From assembly GCA_964247055.1 (NCBI GenBank), contig OZ176052.1, positions 12,028,001 to 12,092,000 of the forward strand: a DNA stretch of 64,000 bases. The letters run 5' to 3'. Both the position numbers and the translations under genes were made by a program. Shown piece after piece: positions 1-12,350 of this stretch. Each line of letters opens with the position of its first letter. Position 1 is the first letter of the stretch. This DNA is from Paragordius varius (taxonomy: Eukaryota > Animalia > Nematomorpha). The notes beneath the pieces were generated by a model that did no database searches, was not told the DNA's origin, and saw only the letters and a program-made list of their open reading frames with translations.

Positions 1-665
1 ATCCTTGAACACTTCAAGTTGGTCCTTGAACATTTCAAGTTGGTCCTTGAACAGTTCAAGTTGCTTGAACAATTTAAGTTGGTTCTTGAACATTTAAAAT
101 TGGTCCTTGAACACTTCAAGTTGGTTCTTAAAATTTATAAATTTTGATTTAACCATAATATTTGCATTTATTCTTTTATTTTATTATATATTAACCTAAT
201 TTTCTTTATTTATTATATATTTATTCATTTAAAAATTAAATTCTAACCACTTTTTTGTTTCAAACTATTTTTTTTCAATTGAATATTGCCTTTTAAATGT
301 TTTTAATGAAAATTTTAATTAATAATCCAGAAAACTTATATATTTTAAATTTCGTGTTAAAATCTTATAAATATTCAAAATTATTTTAAGAAATTAAAAA
401 GATATACCGTTTTTTAAAGATTAAGAGTTTATATCGATTTAAAATTTATCTTAAATAATATTAAATAAGTTAAAATTAATAAAATAGATAAATTATTTAC
501 GATTTGATTGATAATAAAAACAAAACAAAGAAGTCAAAGGACCAACTTGAAGTGTTCGACCAACTTGAAATGTTCAAAGACCAACTTGAACTGTTCAAGG
601 ACCAACTTGAAATGTTCAAGGACCAACTTGAAATGTTCAAGGACACTCTTGAAGTGCAAATGGTA
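1..665. mobile_element. Foldback-type non-autonomous element with inverted 21-bp tandem arrays (left end outside window)
   Basis: The unit CTTGAACAGTTCAAGTTGGTC runs forward at 1-130 and reversed at ~535-650. The terminus is AAATGGTA at 658-665, followed by TA. A complete copy lies at 12764-13431. Confidence 0.8.
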
Positions 666-818
666 TATTTCGGTTTATTAATGTGGTATAAGTGCAAAAT
701 TTTGCCATGGCTTTGATTTCTTCCATATTTTTACGGAATATAATTTCTAATAGGGCTGGGGTATTTAACTACCCCAAATTGAAAAGAAGGACTAAAATGA
801 ATGTTTTGTATCCAAGTG
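666..818. mobile_element. Right end of piggyBac-like MITE
   Basis: Ends in GGGGTATTTAACTACCCC...TTGTATCCAAGTG followed by TTAA (819-822). Same end as copies at 13584, 27218 and 30541. Confidence 0.8.
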
Positions 819-1994
819 TTAAATAGAATCGATGTATAAAAAACTTTTACATTATGATAAAATTAAATTAATATATTAAAATAATACAAAGGAATGTTTT
901 CATCCAACACCTTTTATTTAAAATTTTAATAAATTTTTTTTTAAAAAATCGCATAGTGCCATTTACATTATAGCGCTTTGGGAGATTATAGGTGAACAAA
1001 ACCCAACTAATTTGAGTTTTATTATTAGGAAAATTTGATTCACACGCATCATACAATCAATAAAAATTTACCATGTATTGAGATTTAATAAAAAATTATG
1101 ACACTCGCCTAAAAGAAACAGATAAATATTAATTATGCCAAATAATATTAATCAATCTGAGAATTTAGTATCCACCCAAATAATTTTTAGAGTGAATTTC
1201 AAAAATTTAAAGGGGAATTTGACATGTTTAAGATTGAATATGATATGTTTGAGGTTAAATTTGAGGTGTATATGGATTACATTAATGTAACCAAATAGGT
1301 TTTTCGCAGTACAGTACTGGGTTTTCAAAAAAAATTGCGTCAGTAGTGCGCCCACTTTTGTACTGCTTTTGAAATTAAAAAATTCAATTTTTTGTAAATA
1401 TATATTAATTTATTTATTAAAAAAATTATTTTAGAATTTAATAAAGTACTCTCAGTAAAATTAACCCCATAATTTGTAAAGAAAAGGTTTATATTGCGGT
1501 AAAAAACTAAGATTCGCCTATTTTTAATTGGTTAATATTTAATTTTCTGCTTGAATTAAAAATAAAACTTAGGATTGTAGCCTTTCGCGCAATGGCGAAA
1601 CTATAATCGGACTCCACACCGTAAGATTCAGGCTAATGTCTCTTTCACTCAGGGCTGCCGCAAAAAGAGGTGCCTCAAAATTTAAAATTTAAATTAATTT
1701 ATGATATTTTAATAAATGTTTGATCAAGTTTAGAAAGTTCATTTTTTGACATAATTATCAAGCGGAAAATTATATATTAAATTGCTATTCCCGTAACATA
1801 TTATATAAAATCTATTATATATGGCATATTTCTAACCTTTTTTTCCGCATTAAAATATCAAGAGTTTTTACGTTTTCTATATTCATTAGGTGAGAGGTAT
1901 GATATACTTAATATTTTTCCTAAACTTTATTTTTTATTAATTTTAATTTTTTAGCATAAAAAAAATTGAGACATTTTGATGAAGCGTAATTCTA

Positions 1995-2610
1995 ACGATT
2001 TGAGACATGATGGAAACGGTATAACGCTTTTAGATATAATAAATCCCTTTTTTAATTCGATGATGTTAAACATTACTATAGGTTCAGAATTTTAATTTAA
2101 AGGTTTGTTTGCATGCGAATCTTGGTGAATTTTTGTAAAAAAACATGTATTAACATAAATTTAAAAACGAACGATTATTTAATTAAAAATATAATTGAGA
2201 ATTAGCTTGATCGAATTATATAAAAAATGTTACATTTCAACCGTTTATAAAGTTTCCATCATGTTCTATGAAGTACGCTTCAACAAAATTTTGCTAAAAA
2301 TTCGGAATCTCGCGTTTATTTTAACAGTTCATTTTAAAAGAGCCAAAAAAATTGGGACTTTCAGAGCCAACATCTAAGAATTTAAAAATTTTAAAATATT
2401 TTGTGCTTTTTATATGTAGTTTATGTTATATTTTAGTGATGTTTTTTGAAACATGCGCACCTTTGACAATTTTATACGGAGTACTTACCATAAAAGTGTT
2501 ATTAACTTCCTTTAATAAATCGTAAAGGTTAAAACCAAAAGCACCATGATTAATCCTGATATTTTCCTATCAGAATATATATATATATATCAGGATATTT
2601 TGTGGAAGCT
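1995..2610. repeat. Unclassified dispersed repeat, with homologues at ~14700-15310 and ~56215-56955
   Basis: Shared motifs such as CATGATGGAAAC, CGCGTTTATTTTAA, AAAATTGGGACTTTC(A/G)GAG and a (TA)n tract. No termini or ORF identified; boundaries approximate. Confidence 0.6.
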
Positions 2611-2949
2611 GTGTAATATAAATGGTGTATAAACAGGCAAAGTATGTTTTAATTTTGTACTGCGTCCAAGTTCAAAATATTTGGTACTAATCGATAACAT
2701 TAAAAAACATAAATACGAGACTTAATCATTTTAGGATTGCGCAAGATTGGAGTTTAAATAAAAAAACTGCAATATAAAATTGTGCTCTCAAAATATAACA
2801 TCCTATTCAGTTTGCTTATAAAAAAGTTATGTTTAACACTTCGATTCAAATTGGGGTATCTAAATACACCAAACTATATTTGAGTTTATATTTTTAGACT
2901 ACAGAAAGAAAAAACGGCACCAATTTAAATTTATGCTTATATCCTAAAC

Positions 2950-5598
2950 CAGGGGTGTCCAACAGGGTACTCGCGAGACACTAGTGGCTCATTGAAAATT
3001 TTGAGTGGCTCTTTGAATATTTTGAAAAAATTTTTTTTTTTTAAAAAAAATAATTTCTATTTTTTTGAAATTTTTTATATGTAAATTATGCATTTTTATT
3101 TTGATAATTAAATTATTTTTAGAAACTTTTTATAAAATTCTTTATTATAAATATCTAGCATCGCATTCATTTAATCATTTATAAAACACATTTTTTCCTG
3201 CATGATATTTCCAACTTCAAAATGATAACTTTCACATTCTAAAACATTAAATTACTTTCAAAAAATAGGTATTTAAAATAATATTAGCTTTCATACCAAT
3301 ACTGAAAATTATAATTTGGGTTTATTGAAACATTGAAATACTTGCAAAAAATAGGTATTTAAAATAATTTATTTAGCTTTCATACCAATACAGGGAATTA
3401 TAATTAAGGTCCATTGAAAAATTAAATTACTTGCAAAAAATAGGGGAATCCTAATTTGGGTCCATTGAAACATTAAATTACTTGCAAAAAATAGGTATTT
3501 AAAATAATTTATTTAGATTTTATGCATAAATCTAAAAAAGTAACTAGAAAATACAATCCCGAATGGGAATTAAAATATGGGTTTACTCAAATTTTCGGAG
3601 TGCCTTATTTGCGAATTTACGACAAACGGGTTTCGCGAATATAATTTAAAAAAACATGCCAATACCATGCATTTGGATTTTATTATTATGACTACAGAAA
3701 TAAAAATAATAAAATTAGAATCTTAAAAAATATTAATTAATCTCCAACCAACAATTTCATTCACGCAACCTTGTCCGATAGTAAAGGCAAATTATATTGT
3801 TGCCAATTTACTCGCCAAAAAAATGAAGCCTTATTCTGATGGTGAATTTGTAAAGGAATGCGTACTGGAAATTATAAAATGTGTTTTGCCTAATTGATTT
3901 ATATCCAGTATAAGTTTTTCGCGCAATACTATGTGTCGACGAATTACAGACATCGCAAAAAAAATTCAACTTTCCCTAATAGAAAGAATTCAAAATTTTG
4001 TCGCGTTTTCCTTGTCATTTGATGAAAGCACAGATAAAAGCAACATATCACAATTGGTAGTCTTTATTCGAGGGATAGATGAATTTTTTTATTATAACAG
4101 AAGATATGTTAGGCTTACTTCCGATGAAAAATACAACATGCAATTTTAAATGTATTGAGGACAATAAATTAAATATGAGGGAGCTATCTTGTTTGACAAC
4201 AGATGGTGCCCCAGCTATGATGGGAAAAAACAAGAACCGTGAAATTATTGTTAAATAAGATGGAATCCGATGGTATTAATATTGACCATATATATAATGT
4301 ATTGCATGATTCACCGTAAAAATCTCTGCGCACATTCTCAGACAATGGACAATGTTATGACCGTTGTTATTAAAGTTAATTTTAATCTCATGCTTTAAAG
4401 CATAGGCAGTTTAAGGATTTATTAAAAGAAATTCATTTAGAATATGGAGATTTTATATTTTTTTTAAATGTAAGGTGGCTTAGTCGAGGGAAATGTCTAA
4501 AAGGTTTTATTATTGATTAAAAGAAATAAATATTTTTATATTGCAGAATAATTATTTGGTAGAGGAATTAACCAATGAAGATTGGTTGTCAGATTTATGC
4601 TTTTCCGTAGATATTACCGAAAAACTAAATTAATTAAATGAATCCTTGCAAAATCAAGATATTTAATTGTTGATGCGAATAACCATATTAAAGCGTTTTG
4701 TAAAAAATTGAAGTTATTTGAATGCCATTTGAAAAAAATAATGCTGAACATTATCCAGAATCGAATAGATTTAAAGCTGGTAAAACTAACGATTTATCAA
4801 AATATGCAGATCAAATGAACTATTATTAAAAGCTTTTAATAATCGATACAAAGATATGACAAAATATGAAAAAATATTTGATTATTTTGTTGTCCATTCT
4901 ACGTTGAAGCTATCAACGGTCCTATTAATTTACAAATGGAATTACTGGATTTGCAATTCAATAATGAATTAAAATTATTATTTGGGGAAACAAATAAAAT
5001 TGAATTTTATAAAAAATATATAACGTTTGATAAATTTCCTAATTTAAGTTTGCACAAAGATTAATTTGTGCTTTTGGGTACACTTATCTTTGAGAAAGTT
5101 TTTTTTTTAAAATATATAACACAAAATCTCTTTCACGTTCTTTATCAACTAAGGAAAACTTGGAGAATGAATTGAGATGTGCTGTATCAAATATTGATAT
5201 AGATCTGAATAAATTAAGCAAAAAAATTACAAAACAAATATCCCATTAAAAATTTAATTATGCAATGAAAAATATTTATTTCTTTTATTTTTATTTGAAT
5301 AAAAAAGGTTACATTTTGGCGATTAAGCCACAGTCTACTCTAGTCATACTATCGAATTGCAATAAGTTTACCATATCCATGTATTTTTATCTTTTTTTAC
5401 ACATTAATATAATTTAATTAGCAAAGCATTATTATATTTATACTGTTTATTTTTTTATATGAAAATTAGCACATCCATATGTTAATATAATATATTTATT
5501 TGTTACCAATGTCTTGATATATATAAATAAAAAGCGGCTCTTTGGAATTTTGAGGTCGAAAAGGTGGCTCTTCAAGCCATTTGTGTTGGACACCCCTG
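2950..5598 (+). mobile_element. hAT DNA transposon (Buster/Charlie group), full length, inactive
   Basis: Perfect 14-bp TIR CAGGGGTGTCCAAC / GTTGGACACCCCTG with perfect 8-bp TSD TCCTAAAC (2942-2949 and 5599-5606). Empty site with a single TCCTAAAC at 15650-15657. Confidence 0.95.
3555..5250 (+). pseudogene. Degenerate hAT (Buster/SPIN/GTF2IRD2-like) transposase
   Basis: Motifs across shifted frames: EWELKYGF, KKMKPYSDGEFVKEC, FSLSFDESTDKSNISQLVVFIRG, CLTTDGAPAMMGK, VRWLSRGKCL, AFGYTYL*E. Many stops and frameshifts; ends approximate. Confidence 0.9.
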
Positions 5599-6399
5599 TC
5601 CTAAACAAATTATATTAAGTGGAATAATCTAAAAATTTAGTTTCAAAAAGGCCCATATCAAACTACTTCGACGCCATTTTTATTTTATAACATTTTGGCA
5701 AAATATCGTGTTTATTTAATTTTAAATTTTATATCACTTATAATATTGATAGAGGCAGTAAAGTGGTTTATCTTTTATTATTTTTAAGTTTGGCTAAACA
5801 GTCATGTTGACTAAATATTTATTTTTGGGTTTTATTCAAAAATATGTGATATCAAATACTGAATCATTTTTTTAATATTTCGGTTCATTAATGTTACATA
5901 AGGGCAACTTTTTGCCATAGTTTCGATTCCTTCCATAGTTTTTGAAGATTTTAAACAAGCCTGAGGTATCCAACTACCACGATTTGAATCTAAGGACTGA
6001 AATGAATGTGTTGTATCCAAATGTTAAAACTTGTTTTAACATTTATTATGAAAACAAAACCGTTTTTATTGATTGCAAAAATGTTTTTAAAAAGTGGGAA
6101 AATGTTTCGATAGACGGATAATCGTATAGATTGTGACTGGGGAAATCGATTTAGGAAAACATTTTCATTCATTGTTTTTTAGACTGGGCTGTGGTATATT
6201 TTTTAAATTTCTTATTGTTAAATTTTGCAATTATGTATATTTAAATAGCATACATTAAATGTTATATATTATGTGGAATTTTTGTTGAACCCTTTTGTTT
6301 TAAAAATGTCTAGGTCTTAGAAGTCTCTCTCTGACATCTTTAATAAAGTTGGTAAAATTAAAATTATTTTAGAGAGTTAAATAAATAAATTCTCTAGAT

Positions 6400-7999
6400 C
6401 AGGGAGGGCTGCTGAAACTTTAGTTCCCCACCCCATTTATGATTGCGAGTTTCTCAACGACCCCAACAAATATAAAAGAATTTCGGTTTTGGGAGATTGA
6501 CAAAATTAAATCTAAATTTTCATAAATTTCTATAACATTTTCCGTTTCATAGTTAAATTAAACAAGATACTAGCTTGCCCTGTCACGCTTCGGTGTGGCA
6601 TAGTCTCACCGATAATTATTCTAAATAATTTGCAGTAACTAGAGTTAATGGAGATAAAAAATAATAATAAACATATTTAATAAAAAGGATGTCTTTAATA
6701 ATTCTTTTACGGGTTTTGCATAGGCTGAAATATTGTGTCAAAATTTTCATATTTAATCCGTCCCTTATTTAAGTTAATATTCAACTATCATCGGATTTAT
6801 TTTAAGATTTTCGTTTAACGAAATCATGGTTAAAAGAATTTGAAAGTGTGTTCATACATCTGGATCAAGGGGTATAATAAGTTATTTGTGGTCCCTTTTT
6901 AAAGGAAAGAATATTGTACAAATTCCCCAGAAATGTGTTTAACTGAACTCGTATGGCTTTTTAAGCTTTGTGAAAATTAGCTCCAAAACCACGCCTATTT
7001 TGTATGGCGGCTCACTTTTAAACCGATAAACCCCTACCCATAGACCTATATGGAAAAAGCTCAGTTAATTCTTTGCCTTTATAGAGGAAATATTTGGAAT
7101 CATCTTTGATGCCATCGTCTCATGGGTTATTCGAAAAAATACCTCAACACTAAATAATCGTTATATGATGGCGTTTTAGGGCATCAAAGCCCCAAATTAT
7201 CGGTAATAAAAAAACTCGACCTTATTTTTACCTAGTTCAGAATACTTCAAGCTTTTAATGAGCTCATATGCTTCATGAACCTTTTGTAAATTAGCTCCAA
7301 AAAAACGCAATTTCTATATAGTGGCGTTTTAGCGGCTATCCGTTTACCCAGCAACCAATATTAAAAAACGGAAGACTATAATTTTTGCTTTTAACAGAGA
7401 ATAACTCGAATCCTCAGTGAATTTTAACGGTCTCATATCTTGGGCAAAAAATTTAGTTTTTTTTAAAAAAATGGCATTTTACGTGGGGAACGGGTAAAAA
7501 GAGAGCCTAAATTAAAAAAGTAAGCCGACTAGGTTCGGCGCAATCGAAAAAAAGTAATAATAATCATATTTGAAAGCGAATGTTCCAACACGTTTTCCGT
7601 ATATATGCCTCAAAGAGACGATTGTTCTGTTTTCAAAAAAACCCGTTTTTCACACGGTGTGGGCCCGAACTCGCAGCCTAAATCAAAAAAGGGGAAAGCT
7701 ATTGTCTGGGCATTCATTAATGTATTTTTTTTCACATTTGGATTTGAATGGGTATACCGGTTTTCCGGAAGCAGATCACAAAGCCATAATTTTCCATTTT
7801 TATAAATATATAGATTATAATGATTGGAATAGAAATGCTGGTATAACAGTCTTTCAAAACCAGAAAATTTTATGATATATTTATCTACGATGATTGTTAT
7901 TTTTCTTTGTAAAAATTTTACAAGTTAAAAACATTTTTTTAAACTCTATTCTTATCACTCGCGACTCCAAATGGGGTGTCCATAGTTTAAGAAGCCCTG
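6400..7999. mobile_element. hAT (Charlie-type) MITE hosting a nested Helitron
   Basis: Ends CAGGG(AGGG)CTGCTGAAACT and AGTTTAAGAAGCCCTG, with perfect 8-bp TSD CTCTAGAT (6392-6399 and 8000-8007), matching the nTCTAGAn preference of Charlie elements. Confidence 0.85.
6570..7814 (-). mobile_element. Non-autonomous Helitron, subfamily A
   Basis: On the minus strand the 5' end is A|TCTATATATTTATAAAAATGG and the 3' end is an imperfect hairpin (GCCACACCGAAGCGTGAC) followed by AGGGCAAG-CTAG|T. No TSD. Confidence 0.85.
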
Positions 8000-8034
8000 C
8001 TCTAGATTATTTTCCTTAGCACAAGCGTTGATTA

Positions 8035-8935
8035 CCAGGTGTAGTCTAAGGTAATAACGGCTTTTTGCTAAAAAACTTAATTGAGGAAATCAATTATTTA
8101 TTTTATTGGAGATATTGCCCATCTAGAAAAATTTCTCCAACTCTTAAATTATTGCCATGATTGGAAACTAAATGTTTTTTGGTAAAGCATCTGTCAAGCC
8201 ATTTTTAAACGTTTTACAAATTATTAAGCTGCTCTCTGCAAGCATATACCATGATGCGAGCAGGGAATAGTGATCGTCAGGTCAGGAGAGTTCGGCAGAT
8301 GCAAAAGTATTTTCCCGAAGCGACTATAAGGTGTCTTTTATTTGTTTTGCCGTGTGGGACGCATTGTTATGTGGCAAAAATAATCGTCCTGTCTAGGGCC
8401 CATTTTGGTCGTTTTCCTTAATGCATTAATTTAATTAATCATTTTCTGCAGATAGAGTTTTGTATTAACGGTTTCGGGGCTCATGCACAACAGCGCTTTG
8501 GTCCACCAGACACATTCATGGTTTTACTGAAGTGATTAACTTTGATGTTAATTGACCGGTTGGCAACTTAGCATTTCTCTCTAAAACCATTTCTCACCAT
8601 CCTCCGGAAGCAGCATATTTCAAGTCCATTGGTTATTTTATAATTGCCATGCGAATTGTCTGGTCAGTATTTACTGAGTTTATTGATCCTTCTCATTTTG
8701 TATATATCGAATGGTTGTGATACACGTATGAAATGAGTTTGAGTTGAGTCATCATCCATTTAGTCTTGCACTTCGTCTTCGCGGCTGTGTGGTCTGCCAT
8801 ACCAACTCTCTTTCATATTAAAATCATTTAAATATATAATCTATGTTGCACAATTTAATCGGTGGAACATTGACTTTCAACATACTTTTTCTTCTGATGT
8901 ATAAAAGCAATGCATCCCGTAATTGTTTTTTAGGC
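8035..8935 (-). mobile_element. Degenerate mariner (Mos1-like) transposon with transposase pseudogene
   Basis: TA followed by CCAGGTGT... at 8035. Minus-strand translations give DFNMKESWYGRP, KMRRINKLSKY*P, ECVWW...ETVNTKLY, HNNASHTAKQIKDTL and RVGEIFLDGQY. The 5' TIR is decayed, so that end is approximate. Confidence 0.85.
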
Positions 8936-8973
8936 ACACAGCTCAACTTTAACAAGGATCTAATTGATCAATA

Positions 8974-11823
8974 ATGTTTATAATTTGCAAAACTTGTCAA
9001 AAACCCTATGATCAATGTAGTACATGCTTAGTACCATTTACGTTGAATGAAAAAAATTCAAATCTCCAAACTTTCAATTTATCCCCAGAAAATGTTTCAT
9101 CCCCTTTTCAACAGAATACAATGAGTATATTTCATCCACCCCTCTCCACCGCCACCAATTCATCTCCAACTACCAACTATCAAGATACAAGTAATACAAT
9201 TAACAATGAATCACCTAAAACGTATCCAGACACCAAAGCTCACATGATGAACTATTTAGATTCTAAAACCGGCCTATTTACAAACGTCACTCCGGTATGT
9301 AAATCCTATTCGTTGCAAAAATAATTGGGGACTTATATTTCAAACGAGTAAATAAATAATATGTTGATGGGTAATATAGAAAACGTTTCTCTGTCTTAAA
9401 AATTATCGTCGGTTTTTATGGTAAATTTTTTTTAAAAGCAATTTTGTAGTAGTATTGTTTGTCAATATTTAAGAGACCACACTAAATATTGGCTCACTAA
9501 CCTCAATGATAAATTTTTAATTTATTGATCCATATTTTTAGATTTTAAATAAAATATTGGTGCATTTATTCACATATTTATTGGTAAGCTTAATATTCTC
9601 AGTTGACATTTATAAAAGAGATAATCTACAAACACTGTAAAATAAATGAAAAGATTTTATTTCGGGCTTCAACTCCTTTAAAAATTGCAGTAGTTTCTAT
9701 AAGCATTTATCAAATATTAAAACCGCATCCGGGAGTCGGTGAATCTTACACAGCTTAAATTACAGAATGCAAACCGTCATAAATGTTTTTTTATTCAATA
9801 ATATTTATATAAAAGTTTTGTAGAAACTTGGGCTTATGTTTACATTTACGTAGGAAGTTGATAGCCAAATTATTTCCAAACAGTTGAGATGATATCATAT
9901 CCTTTAAAAAATTAAAATATCCGTAAAACTACCCTAATGCTAATAAGAATAATAATTGTTAGAGAGAATCCATATACTTATAATACCGCTTTAATAAAGG
10001 TAACGAGAAGCAAAAATGATTTGTAAGCCGGAACGATATAATTATCGATTCCGCAACCCTATAAATCATATAATGTATCTGCTAACATAAGCCCAAATTT
10101 TTTGATTTTAACGGTCCACATATTCGCATTACGCTAATCATACTAAAAATATTACTTCCCAGATACAATCGCCAATTACTTCAAATATTGCCTCTAACGA
10201 AAAATGAAAGCAATTTAGAAACAAGGTTATTGTCGAATACTCCGGAAATCAGTAAGTTGCAACAAACATTCCCCTTTCTTTCTATACAGACATTACTCGG
10301 TATGTGGCTTGATAATTATGTGCAAGATGGCAGTAATGAAACAACAAATAATTCACCCAATAAATATCCGTACGAAAACGGAAATGGAGATGAAGAATAC
10401 ATAGAGGGACAAAAGGAGGAGAAACCGCCAATTAAGTATAAACCGAATGACAGTTGGACAATCTACAGACCTAGTCCATTTGAGCCTTAACAACAGACAA
10501 AACCTGGCCCATGTATATTACAAGGAACCGCCATATCTACACAAAATAGAAAAAGTAAATTGACGTCGCTTAATTTTGAGGAGGTTTTACGCCAAGAAGC
10601 CCAAATTTGCCAACAGCTAGCGGAATATTCTCAACAAGTTTCGCAAAACTTGCAATCCATATATGAGACATTTAATTATGAACGGTGTAGAGAACGCAAT
10701 ATTGAAAAACAAATCGCCAAGCGGTTACTGAAAAAACATACCGGACTAAATGTGGATTCCCTCTCTGATCTCACTTCAAAACCCAAAAATAAAAGTTACA
10801 TAATATATACAAATATATTATTTTGTAGAAATCGTTTTCCCTTACAAAACAACTTGATGAATGATAGATAATTAGTGTAACTTAAACTATTTTAGAAATT
10901 AGAAATGATAATTTAATTTTGAAACTTTCTTAAAATTTTTAAGGTGAAATTTATTTCTTTTATTATTTTGAAAAATTATGATATGAATGGATAAAAGTAA
11001 TAATTTTAACTGATGGATTATTATTGATGACCATCGTTTAAAAATAATTTTTGTTTCCTTTAAAGAACGAAGGCCATCTAAGACCGCTGATATCGTTAAA
11101 CCCAAGAATGGAAGTAAAAAGCAAAGGGAGAAAAACATTTTATCAAAAGAAGATAAACCTAAAGTCTTTGCAACTAGTAGTGAATCTTCTTCTACCCCCT
11201 ATCAAAATTGTAAGAAGGGAATGAACAAACTTCTAACGGTTGAAAGTGAGAGTGATTTTACAGATTCATCTACATTAACACATACCCCACCGCCACTACT
11301 TCCCCCTCGTCAAGGTTCATTAATAAGTAAACCGTCTACTTCCACCACACCAATTAATACAACACCGCCTTTCCTTCCACCCCGTCAAGGTTTAATGTTT
11401 AGACCGCCGTTGTCTCAGCCGAGATTTAGAGCTCCCGCTTTTTCCCCATCTACTGGTCTTCAAAATCCGCCACCGCCTCCAAGACCGTTGAAACCACCAA
11501 TGCCGCTACCACCAAATTTTTCACAAGGGCCGTCCGCATACATTAATAACCCATTTGGAGTTCCCGCTTTTACTCCATCTAGTAACTTTCAAAAACCGCC
11601 ACCATCAAGACCCCTGAAACCACCAATGCCGTTACCGCCAAACTTTGCACCACCGCCCTCAAACATCAATAACCCAAGATTTGCTCAAGTACCACGTCAC
11701 CGTCCACCCGCCCCGAATGCAGCAAGTCAAATTAATAACGAGACAAATTGTTGGAATTGTTGCAGTGCAGAACCAACCTCAGTTCCGAAAAATAGAAACA
11801 ATGGCTTTGCCCCTGCCAAATAA
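8974..11823 (+). pseudogene. Disrupted copy A of the 3-exon orphan gene; exons 8974-9294, 10163-~10794, 11066-11823
   Basis: Same splice sites as copies B and C. It has a 5-nt deletion frameshift near 10200 (AACGAAAAATGAAAG vs AACGAAATAATAAATGAAAG in C) and TGG->TAA at 10488-10490. Confidence 0.8.
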
Positions 11824-12350
11824 ATAGGCATGAGCTTGGGAAATATTAAAAAAATAATTATCGCAAAACCCATTACCTATTAATCATAAAAAAATATAAA
11901 CTAATATAATGATTATATTGCTATGCGCAAATTAATAAATGCAAAATAAAAATAGCCAATTAATAAAATTAATATGAATGAGTGTTTAAAATATATCGAC
12001 CAAATTAATTATATTGCAACACAATTTTAACCTTGAAGATGTGTTAAGCTATTGAATTACGCAATATGGCAAATAAATTTGACTTAACATTAATTTTAAA
12101 TTTTAAACGACAAATATATTTCAGATTAAACATCAAAATTCACCGAGAGATGATTCTAAACATTACTTAAAAAGGTATTGTTTTAAACTTCATAGAAATA
12201 ATTGCTGATACAAAAGTTGAGATGTATAAATATTAAATACCAGATGATATTGTAATGGTAAATGACGGATTGATTATGTTTTGTCGAACTTTCAATCAAT
12301 TTGCTTTTTTTCGATTACCATTATATTACGGATTTTCCAACTGTTATTAT

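Larger units (their letters stand above)
2837..6023. mobile_element. piggyBac-like MITE split by a hAT insertion
   Basis: TTAA at 2833-2836, then CACTTCGATTCAAATTGGGGTATC; right end TTGTATCCAAATG then TTAA at 6024-6027. The uninterrupted orthologous copy is at 15545-16060. Confidence 0.85.

Noticed and set aside
1-130. 21-bp arrays as a CRISPR array
   Set aside because: The units are directly adjacent with no unique spacers, there are no cas genes, and the context is eukaryotic.
497-716. ORFs with 7-aa repeats (497-697, 504-716, 12743-12982, 13278-13463, 1152-1355, 13925-14128)
   Set aside because: They arise from the 21-bp (7-codon) repeat being stop-free, appear on both strands and lie inside a transposon.
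3555-5250. Alternative genetic code suggested by stops at expected Trp or Cys positions in transposon relics
   Set aside because: Intact host genes read through with the standard code and end in ordinary stops; the relics also contain frameshifts, so these are decay mutations.
8974-11823. The ORF cassette as an endogenous virus or Polinton-like element
   Set aside because: No polymerase, helicase, capsid, ATPase or integrase motifs, and the ORFs join through canonical spliceosomal introns into one gene.
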